From IMG/VR virus record IMGVR_UViG_3300013767_000052, positions 1-36,447 of that record: a stretch of 36,447 nt of DNA. The stretch is one strand, 5' to 3'. The first letter of the stretch is position 1. Every line of letters starts with the position of its first letter. Origin of the DNA: a virus (lineage: Duplodnaviria; Caudoviricetes). The notes under the pieces are model-generated. The model searched no databases. It had not been told where the DNA came from and saw nothing but the letters and a program-made list of their open reading frames with translations. Both the position numbers and the translations under genes were made by a program. Of the stretch, positions 1 through 8,958 are shown in pieces.

Positions 1-121
1 TCATCGTGTGATTCCGAAAGCAAATGGAAAGGGTTCGGCCGGCGCGCGGGACGGCCCACCGCGCCGCACCGGCGGGTACTGCCCCGATTATCGTCATTCC
101 ATCGTGACGTGGCGATGGGGG

Positions 122-127
122 CGCGAG
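122..127. repeat. Target site duplication, left copy (CGCGAG)
   Basis: Identical 6-mer immediately outside both element ends. Confidence 0.9.
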
Positions 128-171
128 TGAAGCGCGGCGCGATATTTGAGCACAATCACGCGCGATAAATT
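128..171 (+). repeat. Left terminal inverted repeat with two putative transposase-binding sites
   Basis: TGAAGCGCGGCGCGATATTT versus reverse complement of right end TGAAGAGAGGTGAGATATTT; GCGATATTT (139-147) and GCGATAAAT (162-170) are 23 bp apart. Confidence 0.85.
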
Positions 172-599
172 GGGATGGGCAGAGTTTGCACATGCCGCAA
201 ACGAATTGCAAACTGCCCATCGAACCGCCCGGTTATTCCGCCGCGGCCAGCACCTTCGAATGAAATGCCGGCTCCCACGTGGCCAGCGCGGAGTCTTGCC
301 CAAGCCTTGGGCACTCGCCGTCCTCAAGCAACGCCAGCGTCGCCCCAAACAAGCGCAGGCCCATTGGGCCTAGCTCCCGGCGCCAGAGAGATGCCGGTCG
401 ACGACGAGCGCCGACACCCTGAGCTGTTGCGCGACCGGATCGGCGTTCGGCGCGGTGCCAACAATGCCGGTGTCAGTGCTCACGTGGGCCTATGTGGCAG
501 TCTGGTTTCAGATTGCCGCCATCTTCCCGTTTGCGCGACTTCCGTTCCACGCGCGGGTTTCGGCCCAAAAGACTACCTAAACAGGACTGAAATTGATGA

Positions 600-628
600 T
601 TGACAATTAGCCCCAAAGGGGCTAGTTT
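600..628 (+). promoter_or_regulatory. Sigma70-type promoter with palindromic operator
   Basis: TTGACA (600-605), 17 nt, TAGTTT (623-628); perfect inverted repeat TAGCCCC-AAA-GGGGCTA (608-624) fills the spacer. Confidence 0.75.
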
Positions 629-724
629 GCGCTTGTTGGGTAGCGCGCGACGTGCAGCCCGCCACCTCCGAAAGGAAGATAACGATGACCACATTTCGCA
701 AGCGCGTTCTGCGCACTCTTGGAT

Positions 725-994
725 ATGTCAATCCGATACAAGCCGCCAAGCCCGGACGATCTTCAGAACCTCAAGAACCGCCTCGGCTACACGGGCGAGC
801 AGATGGCCGAAATGTTCGGCCTGGCGGGGAACAATCAATGGCGGAAGTACACTGGCGGCCACGAGCCGCGCCCAATGAGCCTGCCCATGCTGTTTCTTGC
901 AGGCGCGCTACTCAATCGCGCCGCGACCGTGGAGCAGGTCTTCGAATGGTGCCGGGAAGCTGGCGCCACAATCGATTTGTCGCCTCGGGAATGA
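725..994 (+). CDS. Small XRE/Cro-like HTH regulator (Aca-like)
   Basis: 89 aa MSIRYKPPSPDDLQNLKNRLGYTGEQMAEMFGLAGNNQWRKYTGG shows an HTH pattern; ATGA overlap with the next gene. Confidence 0.75.
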   Translation: MSIRYKPPSPDDLQNLKNRLGYTGEQMAEMFGLAGNNQWRKYTGGHEPRPMSLPMLFLAGALLNRAATVEQVFEWCREAGATIDLSPRE

Positions 995-1707
995 AAGCCT
1001 CAACCGTGTTCGTGCTGATTGCCGGAATGACGGCTTGTGGCGGCGGAGGGGGCGGTGATGCTCCGCAACCGACACCGGCCACGCAGCCGGCCGTCGCAAA
1101 GCATGTCGTTGTGCGGCAGTATGGGGACTCGACGACAGTAGGCCTTACTTATCAGAATGGCGCATACGTTACTGCCAAGCCGACTGCCGCCGAGCGGCTC
1201 TATGCTGACCTTCAGGCGCAATTTGGTGGCTCGGTCACGGTTGATGTCCAAGGCGTTTCGTCAACGTGCGCTGTGAATCTTCTCAACGGTGACGGCGTGC
1301 ACGCACCGTTCGCGCAAGAGATCCAGACTACGAGCGCGCAGATCGCAAGCTTTAATTTCGGTATCAACGACTCGTACTACTGCGGCGAGACTGCGGATTC
1401 CTTCGCCACGCACCTGGGACAACTGGTCGATCTAGCTCGCGCAGCGGGCAAGACGGTCGTGCTGGAAGAGCCGAATCCGGTCAACACCTCGAAGATACCG
1501 AATCTGGCTGCGTTTTCGGCAATCGTCGGTCAAGTGGCCGCAGCCAAGAACGTGCCGCTTGTGCAGCAGTACGCGTACATCCAGTCGCTTTCTGTATGGG
1601 AACAGATGCTGCCGGATGGTATCCACCCGGATTCCGCACTTTACGCGATTAAGGGCGCCCGAGAAGCCCAGGTTATCGCCCCGATTGTCAGCCAATTGCT
1701 GAAGTGA
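991..1707 (+). CDS. SGNH/GDSL hydrolase lipoprotein
   Basis: Signal peptide with lipobox-like MTA-C; SGNH blocks YGDSTT, NFGIND, DGIHP. Confidence 0.85.
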   Translation: MKASTVFVLIAGMTACGGGGGGDAPQPTPATQPAVAKHVVVRQYGDSTTVGLTYQNGAYVTAKPTAAERLYADLQAQFGGSVTVDVQGVSSTCAVNLLNGDGVHAPFAQEIQTTSAQIASFNFGINDSYYCGETADSFATHLGQLVDLARAAGKTVVLEEPNPVNTSKIPNLAAFSAIVGQVAAAKNVPLVQQYAYIQSLSVWEQMLPDGIHPDSALYAIKGAREAQVIAPIVSQLLK

Positions 1708-2169
1708 TCAGACCTGCGGTGCCGATGCCACCATGGGCTGAGTGGGCCACGTTACCGTCACCGGGAATCCGGGCTGCTTGGAGATATCACGGAGCGCTTG
1801 CCGGTACGTGATCCACGTTTGATACTCCGCAGTGGTCAGCGTGGTAGAAATCCCCGCATCGGCCTGATCTCGATGTCGTTGCACGATCCAATCGCATTGA
1901 CTCATAAGGCTATCTCTCCGCGACCTTGCCTGATCGGATAGCTGATCAGATGTTGGGGAGGGAGCAGCCGTCCATACAGGCATGCCGTCTGAGCCAACCC
2001 CACGCACCATCCCAGATGCTGCGGGTTGGCATGCAAACTCCCAAAATACCGAATCATCAATGTCCACGCAGTCGCTTGGCCACGCATTGCGCGCCTCATA
2101 GGCTGGCCGGTAAGCGGTCGGGAAGAACAGGTTTTGTGCAGCACTCCACACGTAATTTGACGTTGTCAT
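1708..2169 (-). CDS. Tail fibre assembly chaperone
   Basis: Follows tail fibre; C-terminal RRDSLMSQCDW...YRQALRDI...PGFP...WP motif. Confidence 0.85.
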   Translation of the reverse strand: MTTSNYVWSAAQNLFFPTAYRPAYEARNAWPSDCVDIDDSVFWEFACQPAASGMVRGVGSDGMPVWTAAPSPTSDQLSDQARSRRDSLMSQCDWIVQRHRDQADAGISTTLTTAEYQTWITYRQALRDISKQPGFPVTVTWPTQPMVASAPQV

Positions 2170-2170
2170 A

Positions 2171-3937
2171 TCAATACCCAAAAGAAACTAGAAGAACTGC
2201 GGCTGTTCCAGTATTAATTGCAACGGTAACGCTACTCAAGCCACCGGAGACACAGGCGGCGTACTGTGTGACCGGGCCGGCTGGAACAGATACCGTCGCT
2301 AAATTTCCTAGTAACGCATTCGGGAAAGGAATGGGATAGTTGACGACAACGCCGCCAACCCCGGCGGCTGCAACAATATTCCATTGAAAAATAAACGTCT
2401 TCTTGACGCCACTCACGACGACAGGAATTTCGATATAGCCATTCGAAGAGAGTGACGCGAGGAACTGCCCCAACTGCACCGCATGCTGGCTCTGAGTGGC
2501 GGGCGAGACAAAAACCGGGGCACTGTTTGGCCCCGTGCCAAGCGCAGCGAAATTCGCATCCTGAGAATACAGGGAGGCAGTTGATCCCTGCTCGATTTTT
2601 ACTCGACGAAACACGATGCCAAATGCGGCAGCGGTGACGCCGCTTGCGTTGATCGGATAAGCTGCGACGTATGCTGTGTTGGCAGGAGTCGTGCCCGAAA
2701 TCGTATAGCGAGCGAGTGCCGAACCATTCGGAATGACCAACGTACCAACATACGACATGAAAGTTCCGCTGCTGTTATATGCAGCGAGTGCGGCCGTAAC
2801 GGTTCCCGCCGTTGCGAAGTTGGCCATATCGAACGACATGGTTACTGCTACCGACGGTCCAACTGGATATTGGGCAGAGCCTGATGAACCGGAAAACGCG
2901 GACAGCGCGCCGGTATTGGCGAAGAAATTTCCAATGGCACCGCTCGTATCGGCCTGAGGCGAAAAGGAATTCAGAGTCCAACCTGCCGAGCCGAACTCAC
3001 CACTACCATTGAACACCAGGTTAGGGTTGTTGACCCCATTGACTTTCCCTGCCGAACTGACACCTGCTGCGATCTGATTCCAATACCAAGCCGTAGTCGC
3101 AAGCTTCGTGCTGTTATCGAACTGCCCGGCCGTTACGCCGCGAGTCTGCGAATACTGGATCGCCGCCGAGCCGCCGACGATGTCCCATTCGGCCGAGCCA
3201 CGCGACATCATCTTCAACGTATCGCCCAACTGCATGGGAATGGTGGTGATGTTAGCGCCCACCGTGGTGATGGTGTCACTGCCTTGCGTCGCTACCGTGA
3301 GGACAGATCCATTCGAGCCATTGTTGAAAAACGTAATGCATTTACCAATCGGCATCGTCGAACTGAGCGGCAGCGTCGCGGTGACTGACGCGTTCGCGTA
3401 GTTCTGGATAGCCTGACCAGCTTGCGCGTTGGTAAGCGTCGTGTTTTTGTTGATTCCCGCGAATCCGGAGAAACCACCCAGCTCGCGCAGTACGAATTCC
3501 GTCGTTGAGAGTTTCGTGCTGCTGTCGAACTGCGCCGGCGTCGGCCCCTTCGCTGCGTTGATAAAAACCGGCGAGTCGATCGGCGCTTTCAACCCCAACT
3601 GAGTCGCAATCGTCGTCGCGAAATTCGGATCATTTCCGAGCGCGTCGGCCAGTTCCTTCAGGGTATCGAGCGTCTGCGGCGACTGGCCGACGAGCGCGGC
3701 GAGCTTCGCCGCAAGATCCGACTTCGTCGCGTACTGGGTATGTGGATCGGTCGCAGCGATGTGCTGTGCAAGCCCAGACTGCGACTGCTCGACCTGCGCT
3801 TTCAGATAGCGCGTGCGGTTGCCGAGCTGTTTAGCCTGCTTGTTCGAAACGCCGTCCGGGCCGCCTTCGACCGGATCGCCTGTTTCGAGTTGATAGAGAT
3901 CTTCCTCCCATTGGGAAGTTTCGACGAGTTTGCCCAT
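2171..3937 (-). CDS. Tail fibre protein
   Basis: N-terminal DPVEGGPDGVSNKQAKQLGNRTRYLK and LDTLKELADALGNDPNFATT motifs; CBM-like NLVFNGSGEFG segment; C-terminal GYIEIP...FQW...YPIPFPN domain. Confidence 0.92.
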   Translation of the reverse strand: MGKLVETSQWEEDLYQLETGDPVEGGPDGVSNKQAKQLGNRTRYLKAQVEQSQSGLAQHIAATDPHTQYATKSDLAAKLAALVGQSPQTLDTLKELADALGNDPNFATTIATQLGLKAPIDSPVFINAAKGPTPAQFDSSTKLSTTEFVLRELGGFSGFAGINKNTTLTNAQAGQAIQNYANASVTATLPLSSTMPIGKCITFFNNGSNGSVLTVATQGSDTITTVGANITTIPMQLGDTLKMMSRGSAEWDIVGGSAAIQYSQTRGVTAGQFDNSTKLATTAWYWNQIAAGVSSAGKVNGVNNPNLVFNGSGEFGSAGWTLNSFSPQADTSGAIGNFFANTGALSAFSGSSGSAQYPVGPSVAVTMSFDMANFATAGTVTAALAAYNSSGTFMSYVGTLVIPNGSALARYTISGTTPANTAYVAAYPINASGVTAAAFGIVFRRVKIEQGSTASLYSQDANFAALGTGPNSAPVFVSPATQSQHAVQLGQFLASLSSNGYIEIPVVVSGVKKTFIFQWNIVAAAGVGGVVVNYPIPFPNALLGNLATVSVPAGPVTQYAACVSGGLSSVTVAINTGTAAVLLVSFGY

Positions 3938-4518
3938 TAACTGCTCCCGTGGTTGTACTGGCCGTCGTAGTGAGCGGCGCCGTTATAGCGCACCGGCACG
4001 CGACGGTATTCGAGACTGGCGAGTACGCAGCGCGCCGGCGCGAACGCGGCCAACGTCGTGCGCAGCAAGGCCGCTTGATCATTGGTAATGGCGCGATCGA
4101 GCAGGATGACCCGATAGGCCGCCCACAAACCATTGCCGCCATAGACCATTGCGCCGTCGTAGCGACTTTTCCCGTCGTAGTAGGCGCGTCCGATGCCCTC
4201 AACGAGTTCGACCTCGCCGAAGCCCAGGCGCCGGATCACCTCTCTGACCGCCCAGGGCGTGCCCTTGTAGCGATGCAGCTCGATCGCCCCTTTGATCAGG
4301 GCGCGCTTGGCGTCTTCGGACTCGGCGAGACTCCAGCCGTCCTCACCCATGACGGAGAACTGGTCCGCGAGGAACGGCAAAGCGGATGCGTCAACGCCGT
4401 CGATCAGGTAGACCAGGAGCGGCGACAGGTCGATGTTGTCGAGCCGCTCGGTTAATTGCGCGAGGGCCTTGAAACGCGGGTCTTTCGCCAGTGCCGGCGG
4501 CAACAGGAGATCAGCCAT
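3937..4518 (-). CDS. Baseplate/tail protein I (P2 gpI-like)
   Basis: LPFLADQFSV...AIELHRYKGTPWAV motif; lies between J and the fibre. Confidence 0.88.
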   Translation of the reverse strand: MADLLLPPALAKDPRFKALAQLTERLDNIDLSPLLVYLIDGVDASALPFLADQFSVMGEDGWSLAESEDAKRALIKGAIELHRYKGTPWAVREVIRRLGFGEVELVEGIGRAYYDGKSRYDGAMVYGGNGLWAAYRVILLDRAITNDQAALLRTTLAAFAPARCVLASLEYRRVPVRYNGAAHYDGQYNHGSS

Positions 4519-5662
4519 TTGCCACTCCAATCGGCACGACGGTGACACTCGTACAACGCGCCCATTCGTTCCCGGTCAGCACGCGCAGCGCGAGGCCCGG
4601 CAGGTCGACGTCGTACACACCCTCCACCTGTACGGCTCGGCTGAGCTGGCGTGGGACGATGTCGCGCCCCAGGCCGGCGGAACGATCGGCACGGTAGGCT
4701 TGTGCTGCGGTACGTGCCTGGGTAATCGTTGCGTCGGCGTCAGCGTCCTTGTACATCGTCAGACGCACGTCGATCGCATAGTCGACTGGCGTCGGCGATC
4801 GGACGTCGACGTAGTCAGTCAGCGGGCGCCGGCGCTCGTCGGTCAGGTTGTCGCGTACGAGCTGGAGAATCGCTTCGCTCGGCAGCCCCGTGTCAACGAG
4901 CGGATAGACCTGGACGCTGCCCGGCTGAACACCGTTGACCGATACCAGCCGGCCGTCACGCATTTCCATTTCCGGACCGATCACGCCGACGTCGACGATC
5001 GACTGGTGCGCGCTCTTTGCGTGGAAGACGTACGCGAGTCGGGAGCCCGCCGTGCTGAACGCTTCAGGTGCGAGCCGGATACGCTCGCGCAGGCGATCGT
5101 CGGTTTCCTCCTCATACCCGTCCGCGCTGATCTTGGTGTTGGCCACCGTCACGTCGACGTCGCCCAGGTCGTCAACGAGTGAGCCGAGTTGGCCCGGCTG
5201 CCAGCCGTTACCGAGTGCACCGGGTGTTTCGCAGGTCGCGGCCGCGTCGATCGACAACTGGCCGGCAACGAGCGTCACGTCGACGTCGGTAGCAAACGAA
5301 ACCGCGCCGTCGCTCGTCTCGACGCGCGTGCCGGCGGCGATCAGCAGATTCGATGGCTGCGCCTCTTCAACCGAGAAGCGGATCGTTGTCTTCGCGGGCT
5401 GCGCCGGCAGCCGTGTCACGCCGACCAGCTCGCCAAGGTAGTCAATCATGGGAGCGCGGGCGAACGCGACAAGGTTCTGTTTCGCGGCCTCCTGGACACC
5501 GACGCGTACGAGCGTTTCGCGGTAGGAAATGATGTCGACAAGGACGCGCTCGACCTGCGCCGGATACAGCGTCTTGCCTGTCCGCGTCTCGTAGTCAGCG
5601 ATGATCTCGGCCGTAATGGCCTCAGGATCGCGGGCGATGAAATTCGGTTCGCCGAGCGTCAT
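4511..5662 (-). CDS. Baseplate J/gp47 family protein
   Basis: EETDDRLRERI...APEAFSTAGSRLAY and RPLTDYV motifs. Confidence 0.92.
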   Translation of the reverse strand: MTLGEPNFIARDPEAITAEIIADYETRTGKTLYPAQVERVLVDIISYRETLVRVGVQEAAKQNLVAFARAPMIDYLGELVGVTRLPAQPAKTTIRFSVEEAQPSNLLIAAGTRVETSDGAVSFATDVDVTLVAGQLSIDAAATCETPGALGNGWQPGQLGSLVDDLGDVDVTVANTKISADGYEEETDDRLRERIRLAPEAFSTAGSRLAYVFHAKSAHQSIVDVGVIGPEMEMRDGRLVSVNGVQPGSVQVYPLVDTGLPSEAILQLVRDNLTDERRRPLTDYVDVRSPTPVDYAIDVRLTMYKDADADATITQARTAAQAYRADRSAGLGRDIVPRQLSRAVQVEGVYDVDLPGLALRVLTGNEWARCTSVTVVPIGVANG

Positions 5663-6012
5663 CGCGGCACCTCCGTCTCGCGAATGACGCCGTCAGCGAG
5701 GCGCCACTGGACGCGGATCGATTCGCGCGACTCGGCGATCGAGGGAATGACGCGCACGACCTCGCAGCGCGGCTCCCAGCGGCGGATTGCGTCGACCGAC
5801 TCGCGCACGATGTGCGGCGTCGCGCGGTCGATTGGCATGTCGAGGTACAGATAGAGCTTGGAGCCGAACTCGGGGCGCTGCGGGTCGCTGCCCTGGGGCG
5901 TTCCGAGAATCAGGCGGATCGCCTGGTCGATGTCGTCCACGCCCTCAACAACGCCGTCGCGGTTGAGGGCTGGTTGCCAGTGAACGGAGGTGATGTCGGA
6001 GAGCTGGGTCAT
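5659..6012 (-). CDS. Baseplate wedge gpW/gp25 family protein
   Basis: ILGTPQGSDPQRPEFGS...AIRRWEPR motif. Confidence 0.92.
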   Translation of the reverse strand: MTQLSDITSVHWQPALNRDGVVEGVDDIDQAIRLILGTPQGSDPQRPEFGSKLYLYLDMPIDRATPHIVRESVDAIRRWEPRCEVVRVIPSIAESRESIRVQWRLADGVIRETEVPR

Positions 6013-6018
6013 GCGGCC

Positions 6019-6060
6019 ATGTTGCCGCGCGACCAGTCGGGGGGATATTAAAGCCGGCTA
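6019..6060 (-). promoter_or_regulatory. Putative activator-dependent late promoter (baseplate W-J-I-fibre)
   Basis: TAG-N6-TTA site and -10-like CAACAT with the same spacing as the promoters at 17820 and 25147. Confidence 0.55.
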
Positions 6061-6065
6061 AAAGC

Positions 6066-6668
6066 TCAGTGGCTGTGGTGATTCGAGTTGCCGCCGACGT
6101 CCATGATCGTGCCCGTCGCGCTCACGTTGCCGTCGACGTTCATGTTGCCCGTCAGTACTGCACCGTCGCCGCCCGAGCCGGCCATGCCGCCCTGGTAGGT
6201 CAGCTTGCGCTTGACCGTGACGTTGCCCGTGAATTCGGTCTCCGGCGAGTCGACGGTCACCTTGTCGGCCGCACGCAGCACGATTTCCGACTTCGAGTCC
6301 ACGATCACGGTCTGCATGCCCGAGCACGTCAGCGTGTGGGTCGCGCGATCGTACTCGAGCACCGCACCATCCTTGAAGCGGACGATGAACTTGTTCGGGT
6401 CCGTGACGGGCGGGCGATCGGCATCGGAGTAGATGGCGCCGAGAATGACGCCGTCCTCGCACCGGCTGTCCAGGAGCACGGCGACCTGCTCGCCATTGTC
6501 GTAGGTCCAGCAAGCCTGATCGGCCAAGGTCTTCGGGTACGCGATCGGCAGCCACATGGTCCTCATGTTGCCGAGGTCGGTCAGACGCACACGCGCGAAG
6601 CCGGGTTTCGACGCGCTGACCGTGCCGAACTTGATCGTCGCGCCGAACTCGTCGAGGGTCTCACTCAT
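6066..6668 (-). CDS. Baseplate assembly protein V (spike)
   Basis: OB-fold N-terminus (GEQVAVLLD...GVILGAIY), FKDGAVLEYD, C-terminal HHSH metal-binding tip. Confidence 0.92.
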   Translation of the reverse strand: MSETLDEFGATIKFGTVSASKPGFARVRLTDLGNMRTMWLPIAYPKTLADQACWTYDNGEQVAVLLDSRCEDGVILGAIYSDADRPPVTDPNKFIVRFKDGAVLEYDRATHTLTCSGMQTVIVDSKSEIVLRAADKVTVDSPETEFTGNVTVKRKLTYQGGMAGSGGDGAVLTGNMNVDGNVSATGTIMDVGGNSNHHSH

Positions 6669-7870
6669 TTTTTCTTGCCTTTCGCCGCTACGGGCGTGGT
6701 TCCAACAACACCGACGTCGCCTTTCGCCGTGACGCCATAGACCTGCAGCCCTTTCGTGGACTTTTTCGCGGCGCCGCCGCCTTTGCCGGCCTGGACGGCA
6801 ATCGCCGAGCGCTTCAGCTCGACTTCGGTTTGGTAGCCGCCGCCGCGATCGAGCCGGTGTCGCGCCGACTCGATCAGGTATTTGCCGGACAGTCTGCCGA
6901 GTTCGAGCAGTTCGATCGACGCGCCGGCGGCCAGCTTCGTGTCGCCCTGCATCTCGACCGACCCGCCAGTCTGCTTGAGGTTCGTCTGGTCAAGTGCCGC
7001 GCGCGCCTTCGTCTGTAGCGTTGCCTTGGAGCCAGCCCGCGCGGAGAGCCGCAGCGTGTCGCCGCTCGTCGACTGACCGGACTGTTTCCGCTTGCCCGCG
7101 GTCGCCTCCGACTGACCGACGACGCCCACAGAATCGCCCGTCACGCCGTAGACGACGAGCTTCTTCGTTTTCGGGTTGTGGTAGCCGACTTTGGCCTGCG
7201 CGTAGACGTCTTTGATCTTGTCGCGCAGGCGGATCGATTTCAGGTCGGCGCGTTTGAACTGCAGGACCGCGTCTGATCCTCGCAGGTCGGCGAGTTCGCT
7301 GAAGATGAGCTTGCTGCCCGAAATCTTGAACGCATAGCCGTACTCGCGCGCGAGCCGCGTCAGAAACGCGACATCCTGCTCCTGGTACTGGGTGACTCGG
7401 TCGATGCGAATATCCCGAATCCGACCGGTGAGCGTCAGGTGGTTCCGCTTCGCGACACGCGCGGCGATCGTCGCCAGCGTCGTGTGCTCGTACGCTTTGG
7501 CCTTGCGGCTCCTCACTGACGCCTTCACGCCCGTACCGAGCCCGCGGATCGTCACGGTCGAGGGCGGTTCGTCGAAGCCAATCTCGTCGATTTCGAAGCG
7601 ACCACACGCGAGCAACGGCGCCCCCGTGTAGCCGATCTTCAGCGTCAGCGCATCGCCTTTGCCCGGATACCACGCGTCGAGCCATCGGCCGTCCGTGTCT
7701 TCGAGCACGACCTCGATCTCGTCGGACTGGCCGGAAAGGAAGTCGGTATACGACACCGACACCACGTAGGGCGCGATGTCGTTGGTGATGTTCTTCTGCT
7801 CGTACACGAGCGTGAAAACGGGTTCAGGGACGTCGGCAACCGACGTCGGAGTGTCGATCACCGCATCCAC
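6665..7870 (-). CDS. Late control D family baseplate hub protein (P2 gpD-like)
   Basis: SDEIEVVLED, GRFEIDEI, QYQEQDVAFLTRLAREYG motifs. Confidence 0.9.
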   Translation of the reverse strand: MDAVIDTPTSVADVPEPVFTLVYEQKNITNDIAPYVVSVSYTDFLSGQSDEIEVVLEDTDGRWLDAWYPGKGDALTLKIGYTGAPLLACGRFEIDEIGFDEPPSTVTIRGLGTGVKASVRSRKAKAYEHTTLATIAARVAKRNHLTLTGRIRDIRIDRVTQYQEQDVAFLTRLAREYGYAFKISGSKLIFSELADLRGSDAVLQFKRADLKSIRLRDKIKDVYAQAKVGYHNPKTKKLVVYGVTGDSVGVVGQSEATAGKRKQSGQSTSGDTLRLSARAGSKATLQTKARAALDQTNLKQTGGSVEMQGDTKLAAGASIELLELGRLSGKYLIESARHRLDRGGGYQTEVELKRSAIAVQAGKGGGAAKKSTKGLQVYGVTAKGDVGVVGTTPVAAKGKKK

Positions 7871-8067
7871 GGCGGCAGCTCCTCATCGGGTACGTCGTCG
7901 GCGGCTACAACTGGAATCGACAGTGCGATGCCGCTCGCGAGCACGGCCGTGATCGGGACGCTCGGGTTCGCCGCGATGATCCGCTCGTACGCGAACGGGT
8001 CGCCGTAATAGCGGTAGGCGATTTGATCCCATCGCTCGCCTTCGGTTGTGATGTGGGTCAGAAACAT
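7858..8067 (-). CDS. Tail protein X (LysM-like)
   Basis: GERWDQIAYRYYG...IIAANP...LPPW. Confidence 0.9.
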   Translation of the reverse strand: MFLTHITTEGERWDQIAYRYYGDPFAYERIIAANPSVPITAVLASGIALSIPVVAADDVPDEELPPWMR

Positions 8068-8957
8068 CAAATCCTCCGCGTCGCGACTTGCGCAGCCAGT
8101 TTGCTGAGACTCGGCGCAGCGGAACTCAACGCGCCGGTCGCCGTCGAGAGCTGCCCGGCGGCCCGGTCGATCGCACCGGTAATCGTCCCTATCGTCGCGT
8201 TCGCCAAGCCGCTCTGCGCTGACCGGACTGCATCCAGCGCGGTAGTGCTGGCGCGCAGGATGCCGGCAGCGTCGGGAATCTGGCCAGTCAGGGACGCGAG
8301 CGCTGGCGACAGCTTCGCCAGCGGATCAGCAGCTTGCTTGATGTTGGTCAGTACGCTCGACGAGCGACTCAATGCGGAGAACGGATCGTCTTTCAACTTC
8401 TGCACGACCTTGACCGCGTCGACGGCCACACGCATCGCGGACTGCGCCTGGTTCGCCCAGGTCACGGCCTGCTGGATCGTGCCTCGCGCGGTGGCTACCG
8501 CCGACGTGACGCTGGAGACCGCCTGCGCGGCGGCCGGCGGCACCTTGGGTTGCACGGCCGGCGGCTTGAGCGGGTTCTTCTTGTCGCCGACGAACTCGCG
8601 CAGGGTGATCGACGCATCGAGGGACAGCACCGTTCCGGACGTGTCGGTCTGCTTGCTGGTCGATTGAACCTCGGTCAGCACAAACCAGCCTTTGTAGTCG
8701 CCGTTGCCAAAAACGAGCGCCATTGCCTGTTTTGCGCTCACAGCCGCGCGCAGCTTCGCCAGCTCGGCTTCCGGGTCGCAGTACCAGTAGTGAAACGACA
8801 GCGCGATCCGGATCTCGTCGAGCTTGTCGCCCATGCGCTGCAGCCGCGGCTTGCCCTGCAGCAGAGCGTGTTCGGCGTAGTCGGCACCGAAGGTCGCATC
8901 GAACCCGTCGAAGTAGCCGATCAGGTCGAATTCGATATCCCCGAGAATTGCAAACAC
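8067..8957 (-). CDS. Tail protein U-like with Ala-rich C-terminal extension
   Basis: MFAILGDIEF...YAEHALLQGKPRLQ...G...LVFGNG motif. Confidence 0.85.
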   Translation of the reverse strand: MFAILGDIEFDLIGYFDGFDATFGADYAEHALLQGKPRLQRMGDKLDEIRIALSFHYWYCDPEAELAKLRAAVSAKQAMALVFGNGDYKGWFVLTEVQSTSKQTDTSGTVLSLDASITLREFVGDKKNPLKPPAVQPKVPPAAAQAVSSVTSAVATARGTIQQAVTWANQAQSAMRVAVDAVKVVQKLKDDPFSALSRSSSVLTNIKQAADPLAKLSPALASLTGQIPDAAGILRASTTALDAVRSAQSGLANATIGTITGAIDRAAGQLSTATGALSSAAPSLSKLAAQVATRRI

Positions 8958-8958
8958 G

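Noticed and set aside
1-121. Host gene start at the left edge (CAT at 2-4)
   Set aside because: Too little sequence to support a CDS.
94-603. ORFs 94..348(-), 146..373(+), 175..603(+)
   Set aside because: They overlap or cross the element end signals, are Arg/Pro-rich low-information translations and have no recognisable motifs.
652-990. 351-aa SGNH protein starting at 652
   Set aside because: The signal peptide and lipobox start at 991, and 652 has no RBS. The 685 start is treated separately as a finding.
2171-3937. Diversity-generating retroelement or invertible fibre cassette
   Set aside because: No reverse transcriptase, no adenine-specific repeat pair, no invertase and no second fibre tip.
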